A DNA stretch of 63,680 nt, counting the filler, from Folioceros fuciformis (Eukaryota): NCBI GenBank assembly GCA_049999805.1. It is 11 parts of 11 records of this genome, joined end to end, with 100 filler letters (N's around TTAATTAATTAA, not from the genome) between each part and the next. Parts side by side here need not be neighbours in the genome. Positions count along the whole stretch, not along the records: positions 18,323 to 31,705 come from JBNGIO010003334.1; positions 31,806 to 36,097 come from JBNGIO010003335.1; 9 more parts are not named here. One strand, given 5' to 3'. Below are positions 22,701-36,097 of the stretch, piece after piece (position 1 is the stretch's first letter; the number at the start of each line of letters is the position of its first letter). Position numbers and translations under genes: made by a program. Below the pieces are notes generated by a model. It was not told the DNA's origin. It saw nothing but the letters and a program-made list of their open reading frames with translations, and ran no database searches.

Positions 22701-24573
22701 ACCCACCATTAGTGCGTATTTCTTCTTATTCTGATTTGAGGTTCCATGCGTTTTTTGTGGAGGGCTTTGAATCTAACTTGAAGGTACATAGACATAGATT
22801 GAAAGCAGAGCACGAGAAAAGTATCAAACATCGGGTCAAATGTTATGGCGACCCCGGGAAGTACATTGGGATATGAGTAGATGGAATGGATCAACAAAAG
22901 ACTCAGGTGCCCCATTTCGTTTGAGTACCAAAAGATTTGGCGGAAGTTGGCCTCCTCAATGTGCATGTGGTAGGGTGTATGATATACATCAAGACTATGA
23001 CACCCAAGCTCTTCATCGAGTTTGGGAACATTCAAAATGATGCAAACCTAACAATATCAATTATTCAGCACGTGATACACGAGTACGACGGCCTACTACT
23101 TGGATTTCTATACTTGCAGCTAGACAACACTACACGGGAGAACAAAAACGCATTGCTTTTTTCTTATTTGAATATGTTAGTGGAAAAGCGGGTTTTTGTG
23201 AAGATAAAAGTGGGGTTCTTGTTAATGGGTCATACGTACGACCAGGTAGATAAGATGTTTTCCAGGTTTTCAACAGCACTTGGTCGGAAAGAAGCTTTGA
23301 CTTTACCAAAACTTATTACAGTCATGCAAAACGCGTATACCCCCATTCCAGACATTTATGAGGTGAAAGAGGTGCCGGACTTTAGAAAGTTTGTGTGGCC
23401 TATACCGTATGGGAAAGTAGAGTATCAGAAAGTTGCAACGGTTCATCAGCTCCATAATATATCTTTTCAACACCAGTTCAAGATCACGAAGGAGAGCCGC
23501 AGAGATCATGGATATGTTACAATGATGAGAGGGAAATAGTATTCCACCGATCAATACTGGTCACCTAATGACGGTATAGAATTTCTCAAACTAGTTTTGG
23601 ATGGGGTTATGAAAGCCGCTCCACTGATGCATCTATAGGTGAGGAGTAGGAAACAGAAGACTATTATTGACAATGTGCCAGGATATAACATGTCGCAAAT
23701 TCGATCAAGATTGGAGTGCAAATTACGGCACCACTTAGGTGTGGGCGAGGAAATCTTGTGGAATTTATTTGGGTAGAGCAAGAAGCCATCGTTCAAATAA
23801 TAAATTCAGGTGTGAAGCAAGACCTCTTGTGGCCATGGCGATGGTATAATTGCGATGTGGCAGAGTTGTTGAATATACCGTTACACGTGCCAAATGCATT
23901 GGTGGTGGAAAACCCACGGATACGAGAAGTTCTTAGAAGAGACATGTATGTGGGTGCGTATAGAAGATAGACTAATGTTCGCAATGACCATGACAACTTA
24001 AATGGAGATGTATTAGAGATAGAAGCAGGGCACATGATTGCTATCCCATGCGAGACAGGCGAAGACAATAGGCCTTTTTGGATCGCCAAAGTGTTGGACA
24101 CACATAAGGATAATGACATTCAAAGTATCACAATCCATTGGTTGGTCACCAAATGTTCAAATGAATTTGAAGGTCGATATCAAGAGGAGATGGTATTGCC
24201 AAATGAAGATCCTCCCAAGGGTTCTACACGAGGACGAAAGCGACGGCCAAGCAAAAGACTTTGGAAGCATATTGACACACTTTCTATCGCGAACACTTTT
24301 ATTTTAGTGTATGGATTTGAGTTGACTCGTCAAAAGTAGCTGCATGCTCGCACTTGAAACCTTATTAGAAAGAACTTGTATGTGCTTAAACGAGATCAGG
24401 AAAATCCTCTAGATGGAATCAATGACCAACTAGCAGATACTTAGACTATACAAGTAAAGTACTTTCATGTATTCCACACACCCTGTATATGAACACTATT
24501 TGCAGTGAGCTATGGTTGGCTATTCATAAGTGCATCCCTTGGTTTGCTAGTGCCATGAATGCCTCTTCTAGTA

Positions 24574-24794
24574 GTGCTCTGGTCAGTCGACGCAGATCTT
24601 GTGGGGGTGCGCAAATAGATCGGCGCACTCGGTCTATGTGTGCGCCGACCTATCGGTGCACCCTTACAAATGGTTGTGTTGCACTTCCCCCAGACCCTAT
24701 CTGGGTGTTCACTAGCTAATTAGCGCACTTGCACAAGGAGTGCGCCGATCTACCGGCGCACTCACTACGATTGTGCGCTGGCATACCAACGCAC
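24574..24794. repeat. Subterminal array of the same 22-bp palindrome, ~33-bp period
   Basis: Copies at 24574 (weak), 24607, 24640, 24707 (weak), 24740, 24773. Confidence 0.85.
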
Positions 24795-25109
24795 GTATGC
24801 GTAAATGATTGATATTAAAAAAACCCCTCACATTTTTCCAACTTCTGGTAATGCCGATTTTGGAAATTATCATCGCGTCTAGCTGCAGCCGAGAGCGGCA
24901 GTCCAAGCATGGAATTGGATAGTATCAACCCTTCTCAACCCGCAATTTTGCCTAGTTTCTTGGTAAACATGATGAATACAAAGTGCGTTATGAATGTTGT
25001 TCAATTTATTTCGGGATCTTCCACATCAAATAGCATGAATTGTGAATATGTGGCACAAAAAAAAACGAAGAAAATCACCCGAAGCCCAATTTGGCAGAAT
25101 ACGACCGTT

Positions 25110-26748
25110 AGGCGTAGACCATATTAGCCGTTTTAAAAGCTGTTTGCACCCCTAGTGTAAAGGGGCCTGAATTGGAATGGTGCCATACGATGTTATTGTG
25201 AGCTTCTATCCACATTTGCACACTTACCTCATCGTTCAGATGATATTGGTAAAAGCCTATAGTAACAGTTGATGCAATGTTATCAATGTCATGAGGTTGA
25301 AGGAAGTTATCACGATAGGGCTCATAACCACATGCCTTTGCTTTTAGATCCACTATGTGAACGTGCTCCAAATAGATATGTCTTTTAGTGGCTCCTGCAA
25401 AAAGTCTGTGTTGGACCCATGTTCGTATCTTAGTACTCAAGTGAGTAGCAAACCTTGCCTGTGGGTTTGCATTGTATTGGGAGCCATAACAAATTTCACT
25501 GGAATTGTCAACGTGTTGGTTATACAATAAACATAGCTGCAAGATGAGGCCAACAAGCAAGCTGCTTAACATCAAAGTGGTATTGATAGTCATTCTTCAC
25601 ACTAGAGAGTCTTTATATCCTGCCTTTGCATTTCCCTATGCTTTGAGATGCTTGTACAGCTAGCTCGTTGCTACGAAAATTTGTTCCTCAAAAGGCACAC
25701 CAATACTTGGTGTGCCTAAGCTAAGGCCACATGTTTTGCCTACGTGCAACATTAGTTTCCCTTGCCTTTTTGTCAGTCTCTTTCTAAAACGAGGTAGGAA
25801 ATGAGTGGTCCATACTATTTGACGGTCTCTTTCCAAAATGAGGTAGGAAATGAGTGGTCCATACTATTTGTTAGTTTCTTTCCAAAACGAGGTAGGAAAT
25901 GAGTGGTCCATACTATCTCCGTGGAGCAAGTCTTCCACTCTATCCTACCGAATGATGGCAACATTAGACTCTTTCCAAAACAAGGTAGGAAATGAGTGGT
26001 CCATACTATCTCTGTGGAGCAAGTCCTCCACTCTATCCCACCGAATGATGGCAACATTAGACAACAATGGAATACATTTTCTTTCAAGCAACACTTATCT
26101 GCCGATAATAATAGAAGATAATATCAAATCAAGGACTCTGAAAGGACCTTGTGGTGGTTCTTGCACCTCCCACCCGATCGGCCGATCAAGACCAACTAAT
26201 GCTTCTACACAAATGACTTGAAATATTCAACACTTGATAGATGGACGTTCAAAGCGAGTTTGAGTGGTTGGTGAAGGCACTTGCGAGTTTGAGCGGTTGG
26301 TGAAGGCACTTGCGAGTTTGAGCGCATAATGTACGTAGAACATAGAGCCTAATATTATTCATGACGTCGTGATCCATTCGTAAAAAAAACCATGTGGTCC
26401 ATAGGCTTAACTACATACGATGCTTGGATGGATGCATGGCCATAAGGCCACCACCAGCATGCATCCCCATATGCCGGTGCATGCTTGGATAGATGCATGG
26501 CTATAAGGCCACCAGCATGCATCCCCCATATGCCCGTGCATGCTTGGATGGATGCATGGCCATCAGGCCACCACAGCATGCATCCACATATGCGGGTGCA
26601 TCCCGTGGTAACGGGAAACCGGAATTTGAGTGGCGGGGCCCGCGTACGAAGACACGCGCGCATTAATAACTTGACGAGTTTTAGGAATCGGGTAATAAAT
26701 CTCTCCTACAAATAATTCTGTTGCATTTTCCCCGTTGAATCGTCCCCC
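25110..26748 (-). mobile_element. Second MULE remnant: 5' part of the transposase, subterminal tandem repeats, putative GGGGG terminus
   Basis: RDNFLQPHDIDN..YHLNDEVSVQMWIE matches RDDFLLPSDIRN..FHSRDEVSVKLWMD of the first MULE. Confidence 0.7.
25777..26600. repeat. Three tandem repeat blocks (~45-49/95 bp at 25777-26062; 29 bp at 26254-26323; ~60 bp at 26420-26600)
   Basis: GAGGTAGGAAATGAGTGGTCCATACTAT x4; GCGAGTTTGAGYGGTTGGTGAAGGCACTT x2.4; TGCTTGGATRGATGCATGGC...CAGCATGCATCC x3. Confidence 0.9.
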
Positions 26749-27082
26749 GGCTAATGTACTTAGGGTAGAAGGCCGTCGCTACGTAGCGAACCACCTTCTA
26801 GTAGAAGTGCGAATATTCCGCTGTGGGCCTGAACACTAAAAGCATGAAAACGTCATGTACCGAGAATTTACACGGGATGAGGATCGAATTATGGACTGCG
26901 GCGATGTACGGTGACTGTCAGTGTGCTGTACAAGAGTGCTGGATCGACTAGGGAGTCTGCAGTGGACAACTGCAAAGCAGGGGCTACTTTGGATCATTGT
27001 CTGCTTAGGGGTGGGAGGGAATTCCATGATCGATTGACTCCTTCGGTGGATGCGATGAGTGTTGTCCATCCTCTGCAATCCC

Positions 27083-30000
27083 ATGACTCACAGACCACCT
27101 CCCACAGCTGCAGCTGCAATTGCTGACCCGCTACAAGATGAAGCCTACGCCAATGATGACAGTTCCAGCCCCTGCAGGAGCTGTGATTCCGCGGCCAGCA
27201 GTAGCATCAAGGACGGTCGATGGATTCTGCGTGGAGTGCAGTGGCGTATTCGCCTTGGAGTCCTGCCTTCCAGCCCGGCGTCCATCGACACGCTGCGCCG
27301 TGTCTCCGCGGATGGCCGGCGCAGGTTGCGCTGCTTCCGGATCTCGCATCCCTTCGATTCTACAGTCAATTTCTCCTTCTATCTCCCTCACGGTCTCTCG
27401 TCCCGTCTGCTGCAGGTACGCTGACCTGCGAAGGCGCCTTCTCGTGGACCCGCACATCATAGAGGAAGGCCACAAACCAGCCCATGTCAACATGGACAAC
27501 CCGCTGTCCCTGGATCCTGGTGAGTTCACATACCAATTGCCCTACACCAGAGCATTCACCTCCTTCAGTCGCGCTCATGTACTCCCCCTCCCCCCTCCCA
27601 CCTGCCCTCCACTTCCTCCCCACCTTCCTACATGCGCAGAGAGCGTCTGGGGCCGCTACTTCCGTAACGCCGAACTGGAGAGAACTATTGACAAGGACTT
27701 GACCCGTCTTTATCCTGAGCATGGCAGTTTTTTTCAAGGCGCTACGTGCCAGGCAATGTTGCGTCGAATTCTTTTGGTTTGGTCGCTTATGCATCCCCAG
27801 TACAGCTACCGTCAAGGTAAGAGTAGAACTACTCCTGCTAACTACTGTCTCTGCACAAAAGATGTTCTTGATCTTTCTTCGCCTTTGCCACCAAATAGCC
27901 CACCGGCTGACGTTGTTGCTATTTCCAGGAATGCATGAACTGCTTGCTCCTCTTCTTTATGTTTTGCACGTTGACGTTGTACATTTAGCACAAGTGAAGC
28001 ACCGCTACGAGGATCTATTTGACGACAGGTTTGATGGCCTTCCTATTGACGAAGGCAGCATCGCACACAAGGATAGCACTGGACGTCAAATAACGTACTC
28101 GGAACTGTTGTTCGCCAAGAGTCTGGGAGTCCCTGATCATGATGGCCACTGGGTGGAAAGAATTTCGGCCCAGGATGTATTAGGGGCTCTATGCCAGGCA
28201 GATGAAGTTAATACAGACTTGAAGGCCATCGTGTTGGGAAGTGATCTGTATGGAGCTGAAGGAGAGCTTGGGGCACTTCTGTCAGCACGTTTTGTGGAAC
28301 ATGATGCCTATTGCATGTTTGATGCATTGCTGAGTGGCCTCGGCGGTGCTGTTGCTATGGCAGATTTTTTCTCAACCACAAGTGGTACGAGTCTGACTTC
28401 GGGGATTCCTCCTGTGCTTGAAGCTTCTGCAGTGATCTACCGAGCCCTGGCTGCTGTAGATCCCCCCCTGCACGCTCACCTTGTCGAGTTTGGTGTGGAG
28501 CCTCAGTTTTTTGCCCTCAGGTGGCTTCGCTTGTTATTTGGAAGAGAATTTCTGCTCGAAGATCTGCTGCTTGTGTGGGACGCAATATTTTCAGCTTCCA
28601 ACTTGCCTTTGTCATCAGAAGGAGATGAAGGTGATAACAGCCAGGATGCGAAGTACTCTGAACGGAGTGCTTTGATATCAGCGTTAGCAGTTTCAATGCT
28701 ACTCTATTTGCGACCAGCTTTGCTTGCAGCCCCCGATGCTACTGGGTGTTTGCAGCGCTTATTGAGTTTTCCCAGAATCACAGATGTGAGACAACTCATT
28801 GATAGTGCTAACTTGCTTCAACCAGCTGCCCTTTCTGCTACTAGAACCCCTCCCCCTCAGATTGCAAAGGGTAGCAGGACCTTCGAGCACAGCCGAGCAG
28901 GTATGCACAAACGAACTGGCAGTGCCTCCCCACCTCTGGGTCATGGACACATCAGTACTTTGAAAAGTCATGGACTACGTCAGCAACGTGCAACCACCTC
29001 CTCCCCTGAGCTATTAAGGATGTCTATCCCAGAAAGCTATTGGGAGGAAAAGTGGACGTCATCAGTTCTGCAAAAAGTTGAGGCAGTTAGCCTGCACGGC
29101 CCAAGCTGTCCAGTGAAAGAAACTTCTGCTGTTCGGTTGCCGGAATCCGGCACCCGGCCAGCAAGCAATAATGAGGGACATGATGCTGTTAGGGATGGGC
29201 AAGGAAAACCAGGAAACAATCACGCTGCTTCAGATTGTGGTCCTAGCCCACCTGTCCTGTGTGACAGCAGTACAGCTAGTGTAACAGGCGATGAAAGAAA
29301 ATCGTTGACTCCAGGCAAGGATCGTTTTCCTCATGAACAAGGAGGACTATCTCTGCACAGTAATGGTGATCTGGGGCCATTGTTTCTCAATGATCGTGTA
29401 TGTGATGGTTATTCAGCTGAAAGGACCGTGTCCCGTAATTCTGTGGGCCCTGGCAGACAAAAGGCTGAACATAGCAGTGTCAGTGAATCTGCGCTACCAA
29501 TTATGTCTGATGCAGGTTCAATTCCTCCGCACACCGCAGTACTTGGTTATTCAGGACAAGGAGCTTCTCCAGAAAACAGATTATTTCTACTATCTAGGAG
29601 GGAGGATAGCTTTGGCAACGCCCGTGAACCGAGTGAGACAGTGGCGTCAGTCGTGGATCAAGGATGTCACCAATTAGTTTTGAATGCTCAGTCTCAACAC
29701 AATAGCAGTCTTTGGACAACACAGCCTTTCTCGGTTTCTCCAAGGCACCTCGCTTTGAGGCCACCAAGGCTTGCACAGCAGGTTTGCATTAGCCAGAATG
29801 GTTTGGATAAGTCCTCAGCTCAGCTGCTAGATACGTCAAGCCCAGGACTGTTGGCCCAAGTTGGGTCTGTTCTTTTCCCCGTCGATGACTGTCTGTTAGA
29901 TAGGCTGGAGGAAATAGAAGGTCTTCAAGCTGCTTCTGATCCTTTACAAGACCAAGTGTCTTTCAGATCGCTTGAGAACCGAGGGTTGCCTGATGCAACA

Positions 30001-30613
30001 GCAGCAGCAAAGCCGCGGTCAGCCAGTACGAAGGGCAGGAGGTTGAATTGGGTGTGGAATGCTGGCGTCGGCTCCACAGTCAAGGCCACTAATGCAAAAA
30101 CGTCCAACGAAGTTATTTCCCAGAACAGCATAGGAAGCTCCAGAGAACCCGAAAACACAGATGCAGGAAGTGATGTGATTCGGAAACCACGGTGGTGGCA
30201 TTCACAAATTGATAGTAGCTCTTCTTTGGTTGGTGATTCCAAGATATTCGATGAAGAGAACTCTGGGAAGTTGATTACTGGAAGTCATGACCTTCTGAGG
30301 CGGCCAAAGGATAAATTCAACCCTGTCAGTCCTCAGGTCCTTGGTCAATCGTTGTTGGAGCATCTTCAGGTACATAATGTGACTGACCAGTGTGTTGTTA
30401 GGGGAAGGATTTGTGTGAAAAAAGTTTCACTTTTAGTAGTGGAAAATTTTGTATGTCTGCTCAACTATCTTTGTCAATTTGCAGGTAATAGAAGAAGCTA
30501 TGTCTCAGGCAAGTCAGACGGAGCATGCAAACACTGGGAAAAAGGGCCATGTCGCAGCGATGATAGCTCTGGCCGAAATGCGCAAGATTGGCAACGCTCT
30601 GCAGCACTTATAA
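27083..30613 (+). CDS. TBC1D5: Rab-GAP TBC domain protein, TBC1D5-like; exons 27083-27324, 27416-27519, 27640-27816, 27929-30369, 30485-30613
   Basis: LRGVQWRIRLGVLP, DNPLS, IDKDLTRLYPEHG, YRQGMHELLAP, EHDAYCMFDAL, EPQFFALRWLRLLFGREF; GT-AG introns keep the frame; C-terminal ALAEMRKIGN. Confidence 0.93.
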
Positions 30614-31030
30614 AATAGTACGTGGCGACGATCAACCAAGTATTGCCTTGTGATCACTTATGTGTGATCTGAGACTCCGCTCTGCATTGTCTTTCGACAT
30701 GAGAATTATGGGACTAGGTACTTAGTTCTAGCTTTACGATTACTGTTTGTGATGCTTCATTTATCCCAGCCTATGTATGCTTTGCGTTGTCTGTGCTAGA
30801 ACCTCTGGGTATACGACCGACATTTTGTCTGATATGCTGCAAGTTTATCTCCAACTCCAGGGATCGTGGCGTGATGACATCGTAGCCCCTGGTTTCGGAA
30901 GTAGGGTATGAATTACTGATGCGGCGTCTGGTTTTCAGTGCATCGTTTCTTACACCATGAGATTTCAATTTTTCAAAAACTAAGAATTTATAAATAGACA
31001 TTTTTATGTTCATTCATTTCCAAGGTATTA

Positions 31031-31179
31031 AAAATTGAGACACGTTGAATTAGGACACGTGGGGTAGTAACTAACCTTTCTTAAAAGGGTTTGTAAGTTT
31101 CTCCGAAAATTGAGACACGTTGAATTAGGACACATGGGGTAGTAACTAACCTTTCTTAAAAGGGTTTGTAAGTTTCTCC
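31031..31179. repeat. 75-bp tandem duplication
   Basis: AAAATTGAGACACGTTGAATTAGGACAC...GTTTCTCC twice. Confidence 0.9.
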
Positions 31180-31547
31180 CAGATTTCTCTCGTGTCTCAA
31201 TTAAATTGATAGATTATATATTTCAAAAATGTTTGTATTTCATAAACTATATGTTATAATATAAAGCATTTGAATTATCATAAGATATAAATTAAAAGAT
31301 AAATCAAAACACTTGATGTAAGCTATGGAATACCAAAATGAACATCCTTGTTGTGAGCTTCACATTTGCAAAGAGCATTGGTCCAAGCTGTTTTTAGAAC
31401 AGCAACAAGGGCAAGCTATGCTGCTTCTTCAGCATCGGGTTTCATTGTTCCACATCATGACATTTTGGAAGTAGCAGGTAATTTTTCATAATGATATTCG
31501 AAGGGGCTAGTACCTTTTGGCCTTTTAGCCGGCTCTACTTAGGTTTG

Positions 31548-31705
31548 TTCCTCCAATCTTTGGAATAGATAGGACTTTCCATCTCTTTTTCTATTATGGG
31601 TTTATTCCTCCAATCTTTGGAATAGATAGGACTTTCCATCTCTTTTTCTATTATGGGTTTATTCCTCCAATCTTTGGAATAGATAGGACTTTCCATCTCT
31701 TTTTC
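31548..31705. repeat. 57-bp minisatellite running into the contig end
   Basis: TTCCTCCAATCTTTGGAATAGATAGGACTTTCCATCTCTTTTTC, ~3 copies. Confidence 0.92.
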
Positions 31706-32005
31706 NNNNNNNNNNNNNNNNNNNNNNNNNNNNNNNNNNNNNNNNNNNNTTAATTAATTAANNNNNNNNNNNNNNNNNNNNNNNNNNNNNNNNNNNNNNN
31801 NNNNNTCCATTACACAGATTGGTACAAATTACATTCGTCCCGATGCGACATCCTGGAATCTATCTCTTGCAAACAAACGTCTGACACACAGCTCGCTGAA
31901 TTCAGGCTTTCAGCATCAAGGAGTGCAGAACGCTGCAAAACGTTCACGGTCGGAGCTGGACTGTCTTGGACTGCACAGTTGTTGCGAAACAAGAACTGTC
32001 CGATC

Positions 32006-34022
32006 ATGGACTGGGTTGATGCAATCGTGCTTGTGGTGGCGGGGCTGTTGGCCATCGCTCACATTGTGTCTCGAGCAAGGAAGTGGTCCAGCAGCAGAAG
32101 GAAGTATCGCCTTCCACCAGGCCCGCCGGCATGGCCACTGGCGGGAAACCTCTCCATTTTCTCCGATCCCCGTCCGCACGCCCGCCTGGAGGAGCTAGCC
32201 AACAAGTTCGGTCCGGTCATGTCCATCCGCATGGGCTCGAAGCTGGCTGTGGTTGTCTCCTCCGCGGACATGGCTAGGGAGGTGTTGAAAGTGCAGGACA
32301 GCAATTTCGCATCCCGTCCCATCTTTACAGCGTTCCATGACCTGGCTTTCCAGGAAGGAACATGCGGATTTCAACCCCTCGGACCCAGGCACCAGTACGT
32401 GAGGTAAGCCTGATTGATTGGTCTTTTCAAGAATACCTTCAACGTTGCAGCTCTCGTGCTCACTTGATGGACGTGGTTCAATTTTCAGGAAGATCATGGT
32501 GACAGACCTGTTGACTCCCAAGCGTACTCAGCGATTCGAGGAATCCAGACGCCAAGAACTGGCTGCTGCCATGAGATCTCTAGCGCGCGAGAGTGGGCAA
32601 GAGGTCGACATCCACCACCTGGCCATCACTCTGACAATGAACAACATGACGCGGATGTTGCTGAGCAAGCGCTTCTGTGAATTCAAGGCTGGGGAGCAGA
32701 TTGGAGGAGACTGCAGCATGGTTAGCTCCAGAGTTTCCTCGATCTTCCATGATTGGACGAAGTCTTGGACAAAATAATGTGAATCCGTATACTCCAGCCT
32801 AGGCCTGGGGCATTGAGCGTAGCTTATTAGAACTTCTTGACGTGCGGTGTGATCGACGGTTTGCACTGTGCAGGTGGATCCACAGGAAGCAGCTGAGTAC
32901 GGCTGGTTGATCTGTGAGAGCAACCGGTTGCTGGGAATCCCAGTCATGGGAGACACCATTCCTTTCCTGAGGTTTCTGGACATGTCCACTGTGAGGAGCA
33001 TGCGGAAGTCCAGGAGCAGGCTGAATAACTTGCTCTCCAAGTTCATTCATGACCACAGGCAGAGAATGACCCAATCCAGTGACTCCTCACCACGTGACTT
33101 TCTAGAGCTATTGCTGACCCTTCCCGAGGAGAAAGGAGTTGACAAAGACATGACCATCAAAGGGATTTTGTCGGTAAGAACACAAACCGAAAGACCACCC
33201 AATTATGATGGTCTTTAGTGCACGCGAGACAAACTGTGTGTGCTCACTCTCAGATTGTGTATTTGTCCGGAGCGGTAATCGCAGGATTTGGTGCTTGCTG
33301 GAGTGGACACCTCTGCCATCGCAGCCGAATGGGCTTTCTCAGAACTGCTCAGGCACCCGTCCGTGATGCAGAAGGCACAGCAAGAGCTGGACTCGGTTGT
33401 CGGGAGGGATCGCCAATTGCAGGAATCAGATCTGGCTAATCTTCCGTACATTCAAGCTATTCTGAAGGAGACGTTGCGGCTGCATCCCGTGGTTCCCCTT
33501 CTTATCCCACATTACTCCATGCAAGACTGCACACTTGGGGCCTACGACATTCCTGCCAATACCATTGTTTTTGTCAGCCTGCTCAACCTTCACAGAGGCC
33601 CAGAAGCTTGGGATAGTCCCCTCCAGTTCCGGCCAGATAGATTCATGGAAAGGTATGTTCATTCACAATGTCATGTGATTGCAAATTGCTTTGCGCACCC
33701 TGTGATTCTAAACTTCTGAGATTGTTGCAAGTTTGAGTTGTGGAACGTTGTTGCCTTGTGGGACAGAGAGATTGATATAAAGGGGCAGAATTTCAACATG
33801 ATTCCGTTTGGAAGCGGAAGAAGGATGTGCCCAGCAAGTTCTCTTGGCTTCACTGTAGCCACCTCCCTCATCGCTAATCTGATTCACAGCTTCGACTGGT
33901 CTCTTTCACACGGACAGAAACCTGAAGACCTAGACATGTCTGATACCTTTGGACTTACTGTTCCAAGGAAGCACCACCTCAAAGCAGTCCCAACCCCTCG
34001 CCTGCCGCTCCATATCTATTAA
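32006..34022 (+). CDS. Cytochrome P450, CYP71 clan; exons 32006-32403, 32489-32720, 32874-33173, 33285-33652, 33767-34022
   Basis: Membrane anchor, LPPGPPAWP, AGVDTS, KETLRLHP, PDRF, PFGSGRRMCPA; GT-AG junctions. Confidence 0.95.
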
Positions 34023-35949
34023 ACCAAAGCAAATGGCGCAGTTTTACAGGTGTGGGATCTCAATTGAGGTTACCCGGATAAGAGCGGGCTTCCTCGCCAT
34101 GTACAGTTCTATATCCCTCAAACAGGACGACAAGTATCACGTTCTTTGGAAGCCCCACGCGTTACATTAGGTAGAATAGAATTGATCAAGTTTTGGGATT
34201 TTCTCTGCAGAATTTCCGTAGCTGGAAGGCCATCTTTGCCCTTCAAAGGTTTCTTTCGTCTTCTGGTTTATTGGAGTCACACTGAGGCCACTCCACTCCT
34301 AGCTCAGGCACAATACATTGCAAATCATGCAGGGTCACTGAGTGAGCGAAGCACTTCAAAGCTCACGCCTTTACTGGACCAAAGAAGCATGAGACCGACC
34401 CATGAACGAGACCATTGTCACGAGAAAGTGGCAGCCACGGCACTCGACAGACAATTGGAACGACCTAGCAAAGAACTCCCAGGCTTGCCCAGCTGAGCGA
34501 CGCACTTCACTTCATAGTCTTGCAGCACTCCTTGAGACACGTGTTAAAGTAGGATGTACAAGCCGTTATATAAAGTGGAAATGACTGATGATGGAGGTGG
34601 TGTGCAAGTCTGATACTTAGCTGCTAAGCTCCCTGCAGGACATGGGTTTTAGGAAGGGTGAGCCCCACAAGTCATCATCAGTGTTGATGCTTTCTGATTC
34701 AAGGGGAGTCTGCTGTGTGTGAGTGATTGCAGTCCCTGCAGCTGCCACTTGGTGGACTCCAGGTAGATGACACAAACCACTCCCACCGCGCCATCAAACG
34801 TAGCTAGGCAGATTCCTGTCTCAGATATACATACCAAGTCGTAACCAGACAGAAGCTTACGTCAAAGGTACACCACTTTGACGGCGTCTTCCATGAAGTG
34901 TGTGAGTAATTCGACAGTTCCGGAGGTCAGTCAATTGTGGTATGCGGACTCAGGTGGATCACACTGGCAGTTCAGGCCTGTCAGAGTTGTCACTCACCAC
35001 CGAGTCTCCGGTGACTTATCCACCTGTTTCTGTTTTTTGTGAGCAAAGCTGGTGAACAGAACTAGAGGATGGATATATCACCTACCGTAATTGGCAGTCA
35101 ACCCAACATGAGACAACCGCATCGGACGATCGCGTTGCGCATGGAACTTGCAGCCGAACCAACGAGGGATAAATCAATCCTGATTTTAGAGGGGTCTGGA
35201 CTAATTATAATCATTAAAAGTAAAAATAGGATTTTATGAAAAATAGATTCTATTGAAATAGGGTTTATGTCAAATTTTGGGTTACAATCCTAGTTCTATA
35301 TTTATGAGGATCATGTTTTCTATGGGACGGTTCAAAAATACAAGAAATATTCGTATTCAGAAGGCTTATTATCACAGTCCACATTTTTGTCCTAGTTTTT
35401 TTATCTGTTAGAAGTCCTCACAATCGTGACGAAAGCCAAATATTAAGTTGGTAAGGACAATCCAACATTATTTTCTAGACATGTCGAATGTCTTTTCCCA
35501 AAAAGGAATGCATTGGTGATCGTGTGATAAAAAAATGGAATACAATATGTTGCCTCTAAACACTAATTTCTCTAAGATTTTGTAATGAAGGATGATCCCA
35601 AAAACAGTTGAAGTGAGAAACATAGGCTTCAGATCAATCTACCATGCCTAGTTTACATTGCTGTAATATGAATGCTTGGCGCTTAGATAAACATGTGTGG
35701 CACTTAATTGCTTTACAATGATGGAGGTGCGCTTAATAATAGACACGCGCACTAGACAAAAGGCATGTCAATCTATTAGCTTACCTTCATGAGTGCCCGA
35801 ATACGAACTAATGCTTTATTATCAAGTCTGGATACACTCCGTTGCATAACATGTGGAATAACATAACACCTACCCACCTCTTGAATTAGGGGCAAGTGGT
35901 AATCGGGCTTGGGATGCCTTTTCCGAGGCTGTCAGGACCTCGTAATGAT

Positions 35950-36097
35950 CCCAAACATGAAAAAGCAAGGGGGACAGTCGCGAGCTCCCAAATATGAAAA
36001 AGCAAGGGGGACAGTCCCGAGCTCCCAAATATGAAAAAGCAAGGGGGACAGTCCCGAGCTCCCAAATATGAAAAAGCAAGGGGGACAGTCCCGAGCT
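35950..36097. repeat. 37-bp minisatellite, 4 copies up to the contig end
   Basis: CCCAAATATGAAAAAGCAAGGGGGACAGTCCCGAGCT. Confidence 0.95.

Larger units (their letters stand above)
22171..25109 (+). mobile_element. DUF7869/Sola-like DDE DNA transposon, right part: decayed transposase, palindrome arrays, putative right terminus
   Basis: WMDQLF..YHLPDSYTKEEIF; intron 22500-22783; DGMDQ.KT.VPHF (22880); QLDNTTRENKN; FLLMGHTYDQVDKMFSRFS; C-terminal PFWIAKV..ITIHW domain. Confidence 0.85.

Noticed and set aside
32380-32495. P450 lacks the Trp of the WxxxR motif, so possibly a pseudogene
   Set aside because: Frame, splice sites, ExxR, PxRF and the heme Cys are intact; a single substitution is not enough
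35950-36097. 37-bp repeat as CRISPR
   Set aside because: Head-to-tail copies with no spacers; a minisatellite
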